Part shown: one piece after another, positions 27,635-37,600 of the stretch | Layout: each line of letters opens with the position of its first letter | How positions within the stretch are numbered: the first letter of the stretch is position 1 | DNA from: Oscillospiraceae bacterium | GTDB taxonomy: Bacteria > Bacillota > Clostridia > UBA1381 | Reading direction: 5' to 3' | DNA: 53,538 nt | NCBI GenBank assembly: GCA_015068965.1 | Contig: SVJN01000001.1 | Coordinates: 1-53,538, forward strand | The notes under the pieces: model-generated | Told to the model about the DNA's origin: nothing | The model's input: the letters and a program-made list of their open reading frames with translations, nothing else | Database searches by the model: none | Translations under genes and position numbers: made by a program

Positions 27635-30600
27635 ATGAAGAGAATACTCTCGACAATACTATGCACAGTAATGCTTGCAGCAGGAATTGTACCGGTAGTC
27701 GGAAACGCAGAGGAAAAAAAGATGATGTTAAAGTCCGGGGAAACGATACATGTTGATGAGCAGTACAGAGAGTTGCTGACCGGTACAAACTACTTTGATA
27801 CAAAGGAAATCGATGGTGAAGCATTGATTCAGGTGGCTGGGGAAAGTCGTATTATTGGCTCTTCTGCTGTCGGTGAAGGCTTTTCGGATTTCATCATTGA
27901 AGCAGATATACAGCAGACGGGTTGTACCGGAGTATCGTCCGGAGTATTCTCAATCGGGCTCCGCTCAGGCGGAAGCAGTGCAACACAGTACAGACTTGTA
28001 TATGTGAGTTCACTCAATTATAATTCATCAACCAAAAAGCATGGTAACGGTGAAATTGTAAGAGACAGACTTGCCATTGTCCGGACATCCGGTTCGGACA
28101 ACTGCAGTACCTGGTACTATGCAGCGGTTTCTGAAAAACCGCTCGGTATCTTAAAAAATAGTGCCACGCCGTGGATACATCTTCGCGGTATTATGACAGA
28201 TGACGGAATTGCGTTTTCGGCATACGACGAGAAAGGAATACTTCTTTCTTCCATTTCGGCATCTATGCATGAGTTGAATATGAATATTGTAGGAATGCCG
28301 ATTGTAGAAGAGGGGGGGATTATGCTCAGTAGCCACTCTTCAAATGTGTATGTGAAAAATATGATGGTTACGCCGATTGATGCGTATCAGGAAATTAAGA
28401 TAGAGCCTGCATACAGTAAAATGTATCAGGGGCAGAATGCACCGGTAAAAGTTGTTGACGAAAATGGAAACGAGCTGTTTTCGGGTGCATATACTTCAGA
28501 GATGATAAAAAATAATACGGTGACCTTTCAGGATGCGGGGACAAAGAAAATTCAGGTTACCGCAAAGGATGCAATTACAGAGGAAGAATATACTGCCTCA
28601 TGTGAAATAGAGGTAGTTGATAAAATAGAATTTACAGCTTTGGAGGCAGAACTTTCCAATAGCGGTATTGTCCGTGGCGGAACGGTTGGATATCAGGTGT
28701 GGGGTGTTTCTGCCGATGGGATTCGTTATAATGTTGATGCAGTTGTGTCGGGTGAGGGAATTACGATAGAAGGAAATTCGATTACGAGTGATATACCGGG
28801 AGAAAAAACTGTTACATTCCGGTATGACAAGCTTGAAACCTCAGAAAAACTCAATGTAAGCAAGTTTTACGATATCAAGCTTTTACCGTGTCGGGAACAG
28901 GTGCTTATGTGGGATAAACTGCATTTTTACGCAGAAGCCGACACCGGAAACGGCATTGTTACAATTGAGCCGGAGAAGCTGTTATTTGATAAAAAAGTAT
29001 TCGCAGAGGAAAACAAAAGGCTAAAGGCAAACCGTACCGGAACGCATACCGTTGGGGGTGTTGTGGATTCGGTAATGCTGACAACCGAGGTTGTTGTAAT
29101 CCCGAAGGAAGAAGGGGTTGTTCTTTCGGAGGATTTTGAAACCGGAGAGGCAATATCGGAATATATGCAGTATGATTCCGGAAAGCTTATCGTAGACGGA
29201 GAAAATACGGCTTATGTAATCGACAATGAAACAACCGGATTTTTCGGTGATTACGAGTGGAGAGATTACCGGATTGATTTTAAATTAAAAATTGCAAATC
29301 CCGTGATTGAACAGGAGCAGTATGCAGGACTGTTTGAAATTATTCCGAGACGGAGAATTCCGGCAGAGAATGTTTTTGGTGGAGATAAGGGGATTCCGTT
29401 TGTCTACCGTGCAAGTCATAATATAGATGCACCGCATATGCGTATCAGCGTTGACCCGGGCCCGGAGATTAATATAGAGGACGGCGGTTGGCACAATGTG
29501 TCCGTAGAGGTAAACGGTTGTCAGATGATTTTCGGGATTGATGATAAAAAGATGTACTATTCGGGAAGCTTCCCGAAGCAAGGGTATTTTTCCTTGCGTG
29601 CATCAAATCTTACAGCCTATATTGATGATGTGGTAGTCACACTTGAAAAGGAGGTAAATCCTTCTGAAAATGCGGTGATAGAACGAGTGGAAGCAGAAGC
29701 AGACGGTGCGAAAATCCCGGTTCATGATGCGTTTTCATTGCTTGCGATGACACCTGTCAAGGCATATTACTCCGATGGTACATCGAGATATCTGGATATT
29801 GTAAATGAAGTGAAATGGAGCATCCAATCGGGAGCGGACAAGGTCAACTTAAGCCGTAACCGTGGGATTAAGGCAACCAAAGCAGGAGAGGTGCATTTAA
29901 TCGGCGAAGTCGGAGGAAAAACCTTCCCGTTTCAGATAACCGTTTATGATGATGGAATGTCTGACCGTGAATATGCCGAGAAAACCTTGAAAAAACGTCG
30001 TGAAACGTATTTGTATTCGATGCAGAAATCGTATAATGAGGGTACGGTTAAGGGTGTTGGCGGTCTTGGAAATCTTGCTTCATATTACGGTGAAATGCTG
30101 ATGTATCCGAGAGACAGAGACTATTCGGAGCTTTTAGAGTGGCATGGAATACAGGCAGAATATGAAGATACCATTGTCGGCAGAGGAAATGACGGTGGAG
30201 ATTTTATCATTCTGCAGATGATTAATATTTATAATAAATTAAAGGGCAGAATCCATGCAAGCGAAGAAAGCTTTGAAGATATGAAGGAATATCTTTGCTC
30301 GGTAAGGTATCCGGCACCGGAGGACTGGATGAGCGAAAACCATAAGGGTGTTTTCTATGCAACAGCAATTCTGGTCGGAGAAACCTTTCCTGATGCAATT
30401 ATGATGGAGGGTATGACCGGAAGAGAGTTGAATCAGCGTTATACCGGTTATATGAAAACATGGGTGAATCAACGTCTGAAAAGAGGTTTCATGGAATATG
30501 ATTCCGCACATTATTATAATGTAGACATCTATACCTTTGAGAATCTTTATGCGGTGACAAAAAATCCGGAGCTTAAGAAAATGGCATATGATATGTTGAC

Positions 30601-32053
30601 GTATCTTTATGCTGATATATTAAGTGACTCTCTGGAGGACGTGATGACGGGGGCTCATAGTCGTGTGTATGCAGGTATGTCTTATACTACAAAGTTTAAG
30701 ATGCTTGAGATTATGTTTGATTTAAGTACGGTCGCTTTTGATGAACTGGGACCGGAAAAAGCGGTACAGGATTCGCATATTTTGTTCGGAGAATATATTC
30801 CGGATGCGGTGATTTACGATATGGCATTTGAAGAGAACAGAAGGTTTGAAAATAAAGAACGTCGTTCCATTTATGCAATTCCTGATGATTTGCTGATTAC
30901 CGACACCATGGAAAAGTATACCTATACAACACCCACCTACAGTCTTGGATGTGTGGTACATGTGGATGATCTTACAAAGTACTGGTCACCCGCCGGAAAT
31001 TATCAGCCTGTCACATCGACCTATCCGAAGAGCTTGAGAAGAAATATTATTCAGGCGCAGCAGGAGATTCCGTGGTCATTGCACCTTGCAGGTGGCAGTG
31101 ATACCATGATATATGAAGGACATCCCGGACCCTATGGTACGGCAGCGGCAAGTCATGCACACGGTTATTTTGCGGGGGATTTGCATTGTAACTGTTATCA
31201 GTATTTCCAACATGAAAATGTAAGCATTGGTATGCATAAAATCACCCGTTCCGGTGAAGTAAAGTTCACGCATTTCTGGTTGCCAAGAGATAATTTTGAG
31301 GAGATTTACGAAGAGAGTGGATGGATATTTGTAAATCACAAGGGGACATATGTGGCAATCAAGCCATTGAAGGACGGAAAAAGCGATGGAATCTTATATT
31401 CATGGGGAATAGTCGGACAGAAATATAACAATGCTTATCCGCTTGATCGGGTGGAAGTCCGGACAGATTCAAAGGATACTGCATTTGTGTGCGAGGTACA
31501 TGAAGCAGAAGTATATGGCAAAGGCTTTGATGAGTTCTGCCAAGATATTATAAAAAATACAAGTATCAGCTATCGTGTATCATCGGATTATTATGTTGAG
31601 TATACTGCACTCAGCGGAAAAACGTTAAAGATTGATTATAATAAAAATCAAAGATTTTTAAATGGCGAACTGCATGATACCCATGAATACAAAATGCATG
31701 ACAGCAAGTATGTTACTGCAGAGTGGGATGCCGGTGAGATTCTGATTACGTCCGCAGATAACAGTTATAAAATATCAGCATATCTGACACCGATAGATTC
31801 AGAAATGGCAATCAAATTGCTTACCACCATAAAAAGCTTTGAAGAGGAGCTTGCAGGTTGTTCCAAATCAAGACTTAGAGCATTGCTTGATTCCAGAGAA
31901 CAGGAAATCATAGATGCGGTGCAATTTCTGGATTTGTACAGTGAGAGTGCGATTAAGGATATGTGTTGTGAACGTTTTCTTGCACTCGCAGAGAAACTGT
32001 CGAAAATCGGGCAGGATAAGTTGGCACAAAGGATTAAGATGGCAATTCAATAA
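27635..32053 (+). CDS. Secreted large multidomain putative polysaccharide lyase (paralog of 23965-27633)
   Basis: 1472 aa. Signal peptide MKRILSTILCTVMLAAGIVPVVGNA. Two LamG-like domains (the second runs from VLSEDFETGE to YIDDVVVTLE), Ig-like repeats, a heparinase-II/III-like module (SAHYYNVDIYTFENLY, SHAHGYFAGDLHCNCYQYFQHENVSIGMHKI) and an extra helical tail of about 100 aa. The ATG lies 1 nt after the upstream TGA. Confidence 0.6.
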   Translation: MKRILSTILCTVMLAAGIVPVVGNAEEKKMMLKSGETIHVDEQYRELLTGTNYFDTKEIDGEALIQVAGESRIIGSSAVGEGFSDFIIEADIQQTGCTGVSSGVFSIGLRSGGSSATQYRLVYVSSLNYNSSTKKHGNGEIVRDRLAIVRTSGSDNCSTWYYAAVSEKPLGILKNSATPWIHLRGIMTDDGIAFSAYDEKGILLSSISASMHELNMNIVGMPIVEEGGIMLSSHSSNVYVKNMMVTPIDAYQEIKIEPAYSKMYQGQNAPVKVVDENGNELFSGAYTSEMIKNNTVTFQDAGTKKIQVTAKDAITEEEYTASCEIEVVDKIEFTALEAELSNSGIVRGGTVGYQVWGVSADGIRYNVDAVVSGEGITIEGNSITSDIPGEKTVTFRYDKLETSEKLNVSKFYDIKLLPCREQVLMWDKLHFYAEADTGNGIVTIEPEKLLFDKKVFAEENKRLKANRTGTHTVGGVVDSVMLTTEVVVIPKEEGVVLSEDFETGEAISEYMQYDSGKLIVDGENTAYVIDNETTGFFGDYEWRDYRIDFKLKIANPVIEQEQYAGLFEIIPRRRIPAENVFGGDKGIPFVYRASHNIDAPHMRISVDPGPEINIEDGGWHNVSVEVNGCQMIFGIDDKKMYYSGSFPKQGYFSLRASNLTAYIDDVVVTLEKEVNPSENAVIERVEAEADGAKIPVHDAFSLLAMTPVKAYYSDGTSRYLDIVNEVKWSIQSGADKVNLSRNRGIKATKAGEVHLIGEVGGKTFPFQITVYDDGMSDREYAEKTLKKRRETYLYSMQKSYNEGTVKGVGGLGNLASYYGEMLMYPRDRDYSELLEWHGIQAEYEDTIVGRGNDGGDFIILQMINIYNKLKGRIHASEESFEDMKEYLCSVRYPAPEDWMSENHKGVFYATAILVGETFPDAIMMEGMTGRELNQRYTGYMKTWVNQRLKRGFMEYDSAHYYNVDIYTFENLYAVTKNPELKKMAYDMLTYLYADILSDSLEDVMTGAHSRVYAGMSYTTKFKMLEIMFDLSTVAFDELGPEKAVQDSHILFGEYIPDAVIYDMAFEENRRFENKERRSIYAIPDDLLITDTMEKYTYTTPTYSLGCVVHVDDLTKYWSPAGNYQPVTSTYPKSLRRNIIQAQQEIPWSLHLAGGSDTMIYEGHPGPYGTAAASHAHGYFAGDLHCNCYQYFQHENVSIGMHKITRSGEVKFTHFWLPRDNFEEIYEESGWIFVNHKGTYVAIKPLKDGKSDGILYSWGIVGQKYNNAYPLDRVEVRTDSKDTAFVCEVHEAEVYGKGFDEFCQDIIKNTSISYRVSSDYYVEYTALSGKTLKIDYNKNQRFLNGELHDTHEYKMHDSKYVTAEWDAGEILITSADNSYKISAYLTPIDSEMAIKLLTTIKSFEEELAGCSKSRLRALLDSREQEIIDAVQFLDLYSESAIKDMCCERFLALAEKLSKIGQDKLAQRIKMAIQ

Positions 32054-32097
32054 TTCTTTGACATTTGGTTTTTTAGGTAAAAAAGGAAAGGTGACAT

Positions 32098-34629
32098 ATG
32101 AATAAGTGTACGCAAAAACTGCTTTCGGCTTTTTTGTCCTCTTTGATATTTTTCTCATCACTAACGGCGTTTGCAAGCCCTGAGGTGCCGATTGATGTTG
32201 AGGACAGTAAAAATATAGAGAAGATAAGCATACTGATGCAGCTTGGAATCATCAAAAAAACAGAGGATGGATTTTTTGATGCAGATGCGGCTGTGAGTCG
32301 TGGTGAATTTAATGAAATGCTTGCGGCGATTACAAAAAAAGAAACCTCGGTTACGACACAAGCAGAAATAAAATCCGAAGAAGCGGTAGAAAAGGTGATA
32401 GACCTTCTGGGGTACGGTCTGGTTGCAAAACAGCAGGGTTATATGAATGTTGCAAGACAGTTAAAGCTTGCCCCGAACGGTAATATCCTGACCCGGGAAG
32501 CGGCAGCGGTTCTTATCTATGATGCACTTGGAACCAATGTGTTTGAAATGGTAGGCGGTCGCGTGGGTACTTTGCAATATTCCAATCGTACCTCTGATAC
32601 GCTTTTGAAAAAATATCTTGGTATGAAGCGGATTGAAGGAAGAATTGATGCAAATGCAAAATCTGCAATCAGTCCGTATACTCCGACATCGGAGGGAAGT
32701 GTTTTAATCGACGGGGAACGATATCTTACTGCAAACACCGGGATAGAGCGTGATATCGGCAGGACGGTTGTTGCATTCGTAAGTGACACAGGTCGTTTTT
32801 CAGAAACAGTATATGCTTATTGCTACAAATATAATGCAAATAAGGATGTAATCATTCGTGGTGCAGATATTGTAAGCGACCAGACGGGTATAGGTGAGAT
32901 TTCCTATGAGGACATTTCGGGAAGGATTAAGAAAAAGACATTCTCAGATGATGCAATTGTAATCTATAACGGTGAGGTGTTAGATCGCTATTATGACAGC
33001 ACATTCCGTATTGCAAACGGTACAATCATATTGCCGGCGGCGAAAGAAAAAAAATCAGATGTGATTTATATCAATGAATATACGACCAAAATTGCAGAGG
33101 GTGCAAATAGCTATCATTATAAAGTATTTTTCAAATATGGAGAAAAACCGCTTGAAATTGACGAGGATAACTGCCGTCTTGACATATATGTTGACGGTAT
33201 GAAGGGTACCCTTGCAGATATTTCTGAATTTGATGCGGTAGATATTTTTCAATCCAAAAGCGGTGATTCTGTTATCCTTGAAGTTACCAAGCAGAGAATC
33301 ACCGGAATTTACACATCCTCCGGGGAGGATAGAATTTATATTGATGGCAGAGAGTTTATCAAAACAAGCGAGATGCCCGGAATCAAGGATTGTGTGCGTG
33401 GAGAAAAATATTCCTTTATTGTAAACAGTGAAAATGTTGTGTGCGGTGTTGACACTTCGGAACAGAATTTTGGTGAATACGGATATCTTTTCAAGGTAAT
33501 GGGTTCTCCTGAACTGTATGATGAAGGGATTTCGCTTAAGATTTTTACAACTGCAAACGAGTTTAAGAATTTCCGTATTGCAAAGAAGTTTAAGATAAAC
33601 AATGACAGATTTGATGCAGAAGAATTTTATTCTGACAAAAATCCGTTGATTCAAAATGATATTGCAATACGCCAGATGGTTCTGTATGAGAAGAATCAGG
33701 ATGGTGAGCTTGAGGCGGTGTATACGGCAACGGATAACAGAATGCAGGATAATGCCGGTGCACCTTTAAGGCTTGATGTAAAAGAAACAAATGCAAACAC
33801 AAGAATGTACAGAAATACCTTCGGAATCAATTATCGTTTTTCCGGAAATACAAAGGTGTTTATACTTCCGATTGCAGGAAATGAAGCAGATGAAACCTGC
33901 TATAAATGCACTACCATAGGCGAATGGGGCGAGGATCACAGATTCAGCAATTATGAAATTTATAACACAAAACGTAGTCGTGAAATCAGTGCTTTTGTAA
34001 CCTATGAAGATATTATGGCAGAAGGATATGGGGCAAATAAGCAAAAAGCAAATATTGTACTTGTAGAACAAAATCAACAAGTGATTGACGATGACGGCAT
34101 ACCATGCTACAAGCTCACCTATTATGAGGGTGGAGAACAGAAAACAGCTTATTTTGACAGTGATGAGGTTTGCAATGCATTCCCTGATGCATGGGATAAA
34201 TATCCCAAAACAATGACTGCGGCAGAGGTTCAAAAAGGCGATATTATGCAGCTTGTACTTGATGCAAGAGGGAAAATTACAGAATTCCATATGCTACACC
34301 GTGTATCGGATGAGGAGAAAACATATTCGGAAATTTTGCCGAACGGTTATTCCTATACAGCCAATAGTGTTCCGTTATCCTATCTTTATACAGCCTACGG
34401 CGAAATTGTTGACCTTTATGGGGGAACGGTTACTGTGGATGTAAACAACACCAATGATGCTGATAATCCGGAATATCATCGTAATTTTAAGCTTGAAGGC
34501 TCTACAAGCTATCTCTTATATTGCGATGACAAGGTGAAAAAAATATCTTCAGCCGAGATTATGCTTGGTGATATTGTATTTGTAAGAGCGTATAATTATA
34601 TACCTTACAATGTTATTGTGATACGTTAA
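32098..34629 (+). CDS. Secreted protein with N-terminal SLH-like segments and a large uncharacterised beta-rich region
   Basis: 843 aa. Signal peptide ...SSLTAFASPEV. SLH-like segments are GIIKKTEDGFFDADAAVSRGEFNEMLAAI and LAPNGNILTREAAAVLIYDAL. I do not recognise the remainder. Confidence 0.55.
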   Translation: MNKCTQKLLSAFLSSLIFFSSLTAFASPEVPIDVEDSKNIEKISILMQLGIIKKTEDGFFDADAAVSRGEFNEMLAAITKKETSVTTQAEIKSEEAVEKVIDLLGYGLVAKQQGYMNVARQLKLAPNGNILTREAAAVLIYDALGTNVFEMVGGRVGTLQYSNRTSDTLLKKYLGMKRIEGRIDANAKSAISPYTPTSEGSVLIDGERYLTANTGIERDIGRTVVAFVSDTGRFSETVYAYCYKYNANKDVIIRGADIVSDQTGIGEISYEDISGRIKKKTFSDDAIVIYNGEVLDRYYDSTFRIANGTIILPAAKEKKSDVIYINEYTTKIAEGANSYHYKVFFKYGEKPLEIDEDNCRLDIYVDGMKGTLADISEFDAVDIFQSKSGDSVILEVTKQRITGIYTSSGEDRIYIDGREFIKTSEMPGIKDCVRGEKYSFIVNSENVVCGVDTSEQNFGEYGYLFKVMGSPELYDEGISLKIFTTANEFKNFRIAKKFKINNDRFDAEEFYSDKNPLIQNDIAIRQMVLYEKNQDGELEAVYTATDNRMQDNAGAPLRLDVKETNANTRMYRNTFGINYRFSGNTKVFILPIAGNEADETCYKCTTIGEWGEDHRFSNYEIYNTKRSREISAFVTYEDIMAEGYGANKQKANIVLVEQNQQVIDDDGIPCYKLTYYEGGEQKTAYFDSDEVCNAFPDAWDKYPKTMTAAEVQKGDIMQLVLDARGKITEFHMLHRVSDEEKTYSEILPNGYSYTANSVPLSYLYTAYGEIVDLYGGTVTVDVNNTNDADNPEYHRNFKLEGSTSYLLYCDDKVKKISSAEIMLGDIVFVRAYNYIPYNVIVIR

Positions 34630-34668
34630 GACTTATGGATTTCAACTCTTAAGAAGGGAGTAAATGCA

Positions 34669-37600
34669 ATGAAGAAAATAATATCTGTTCTGCTTAGCGT
34701 AATACTTTGTATGGGGCATATTGTGCTGGCTGAGGATAACAGAATTGTCGTGTTGGATGTGCATCGGTATAATGCTTCGGTTGGAGAGGAAATCTCTTAT
34801 GATTTGAAAGCGTATTCACAAAACGGTGCAGAGGATATCGAAGAATATGAGATTTTTTGTGATTCTGAGCATATTCAGGTAGATGAAAATGCCCGGACAA
34901 TTATGGCTGATGCTCCGGGATTATATGAAATTACTTTTCGCAGCGGTTCGGACTTTGAAAAGACTGTAATGCTTGCAGTGAATCATATAGAATCAGAAGC
35001 GGTAAAGGGGAAAGCTGTCTTTGCAGAGGACTTTGAAGGAGAGTTGCCGGAATGCCTGGCGGCTGTTTCCGGTGCAGTCATCAAAGAGGATGCTGACGGA
35101 AATGGATATATGTATGTCGATGCAAGAGGCAAAGTTTTAAATTCTCCTTTATTTGGCGGAAACCTTACTGACTTTGTGTTTGAGGCAGATGTACAGATGC
35201 TTGGCTGTGATGCATCTTCAACATCACAGATTTCTGTTGGATTGCGTGCGCAGGAAAATCTGTCTGCTTATCGGTTTGCAAATCATGAGGTTGTGAAGTA
35301 TCCCGGCTCCGGACATACGGCGGGGACGGGAAATGTATTGAAAAATGCGTTCTCAATGTCGCGTAGCGGAAGTAATGTTCTGCTCGGGACATGGTATTAT
35401 GATTTTGTTCGTGACGGTTTTTTGGATATGTATGATAGCACAACAAGAGGACATAAAAAACCATATCATTGGGAAATTGGGATTGTCGGTGAGGAGATTA
35501 CTGCCAAAGTCAGTGATATTCAAACCGGACAAGCTGTTGCAGAATTTGTGTCTGCGACTGCCGATATGGATAATTCGGCTGCTCCGCTTACGTCAGGAGC
35601 TGTAAGCTTGTCTTTTCACTCCATGGCAGTGCGATATGATAATATTTCTATCAGACCGGTTGTTTCTGTGGATGCAATCGAGCTTGCTGTGGATAAGGAA
35701 CGTATCACGGGAAAGGACGGTGATAACACCGTCACATACAGCGTCAGTATTTCAGAGGATGGCATCAATCAGCCGTCAGATGAAATGGTTACGGTTACCT
35801 GCGAAGGTGGTCAGGTTGATGCGGAGGAAGGAATAGTCACCTTCACAATGCCCGGTGAATATTATATTGTTGCAGAATGCGGTTCTAAGACTGCAGTTTC
35901 CAAAGTTACGGTGTCTCCGGAGTATGAGCTGATAGAAAATGTGGATATCACAATTCCGGAAATGGTATATGCAGATTTTGTATTGCCCACACCGGAAGGC
36001 TTTGAGGTTATCTATGCAAGCAGTCATCCCGATGTTGTCAGAATCGATGGAAATACAGCAGTTGTTACAAGACCAACCGGAGAAAATCCGGACGTAGAAG
36101 TAGTCTTGACGGCACTTCTTTTTAAAGGGGATGCCGTGGCGGTGAAACAGTACAATGTGACTGTAAAGAAACAGATGTCGGAACAGGAGGCAATCGAACA
36201 TGCAATTGCAAGCATTCAGATTCCGGCAGAAACAACAGAAAATATCACACTCCCGAGTGAATTTCCAGACGGTGTTACTTGTGAGTGGGAAACAAGTGAC
36301 AGTACACTGGTATCAATTGCCGGTCATGTTGTAAGAGGTGAAATAGATAAAAGAGTAAAGCTGACGGCAAAATTCTCATCGGAAAACAGTGAGAAAACGG
36401 TGATATATTATGTCATGGTGAAGGGCACGACGGGAAGAACAAGTGTCACGGTGATTGCACAGACAGAAAAGCTTTGTTATGAAGTGGGCGAAGTTGTACC
36501 CGTTCGTATACGGATATTTGATAACTTAGGGGAAGTGACAGCGGTTGGCGCTGTTTCTATGGAATCTGATTCCCCACAGCTTATCATCGACGAAGATAAC
36601 AGAGCGGTCTCCTCAGAGGTAGAGGGTGCATATACATTCTTAGTCAACGTGCCGGCATACGGTTTTGAAAAGGAGCTTAGTATTGCTTTTCAGAATAAAA
36701 ATATTCCGGCGGCAACAGATATTCAGGAGGTATATTCGCAGAACTTTGATTCGGATGATTATGATGAAGCATTCAAAAATGATGCGAGAATCACCGTTGC
36801 AGACGGAAAACTAAAAATGACCGGAAGAAGCAACAATTATCAGACGCCGCCTTTCGGACCGCGGGATAGTGACGGAAATCTGATTCCGCTTTATGAGTAT
36901 ATTTTTGAAGCGGATATGAAGATGCTGACCTGTGATGCCGGCAGTACCGGTCAGATGTCTGTGGGTGTGAGATATAGTGAAGAAGAGGATGCATCTTATC
37001 GTGTGGCACATCATGAACGAATGAATTATGATGCCGGTGAGGGTGGGGTAAACACCCAGAATGCAGAGGCGAAAGCACAGATGCTCTCGCATGCTTACGG
37101 AAAATCAAGTGCCGCTGCATCGTGGTACATTCCGCACATCAGTAAGAGCCCGTCTACGATGTTCTCAGGCAGAGGCTACAATCAAGAGTATCGCTGGCGT
37201 GTAACAGTAACGAAAAATGCGTTGGTTACAGAAATCAGCGATATTGCCACAGGGGAAATCCTTCAGAAAATGGCAACACCGTTAGCCGATTTATATATCA
37301 AGAAAAACGGTGTCAAGCTTGGCGCACTTGGTGCAGGTACAACGGTTCTTGGTGCCTGGTCAACTGATTTAACGGTGGATAATATTAAAATCAGCACGAT
37401 ATCTGCATTTGACGCTCTGGAGATAGTGCCGGATAAAGAAGTAACTGATGCTGTAAATGAGGAAATCGGAATCCGGGTTTACAGCGTGGTAGGTGAAGAA
37501 AAAACACTTCTTGATATGGATGAGGTCAGTTTATCCTGCAGTAACCCTGCTTTGACCGTTACGGAAACGGGTGTGATTCCAACTGCGGAAGGGGAATATA

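Noticed and set aside
33055-34290. Two long minus-strand ORFs (199 aa and 174 aa) inside the 843-aa surface-protein gene
   Set aside because: They are antisense shadow ORFs in an AT-rich coding region, with Phe/Ile/Asn/Cys-rich nonsense-like composition and no start context.
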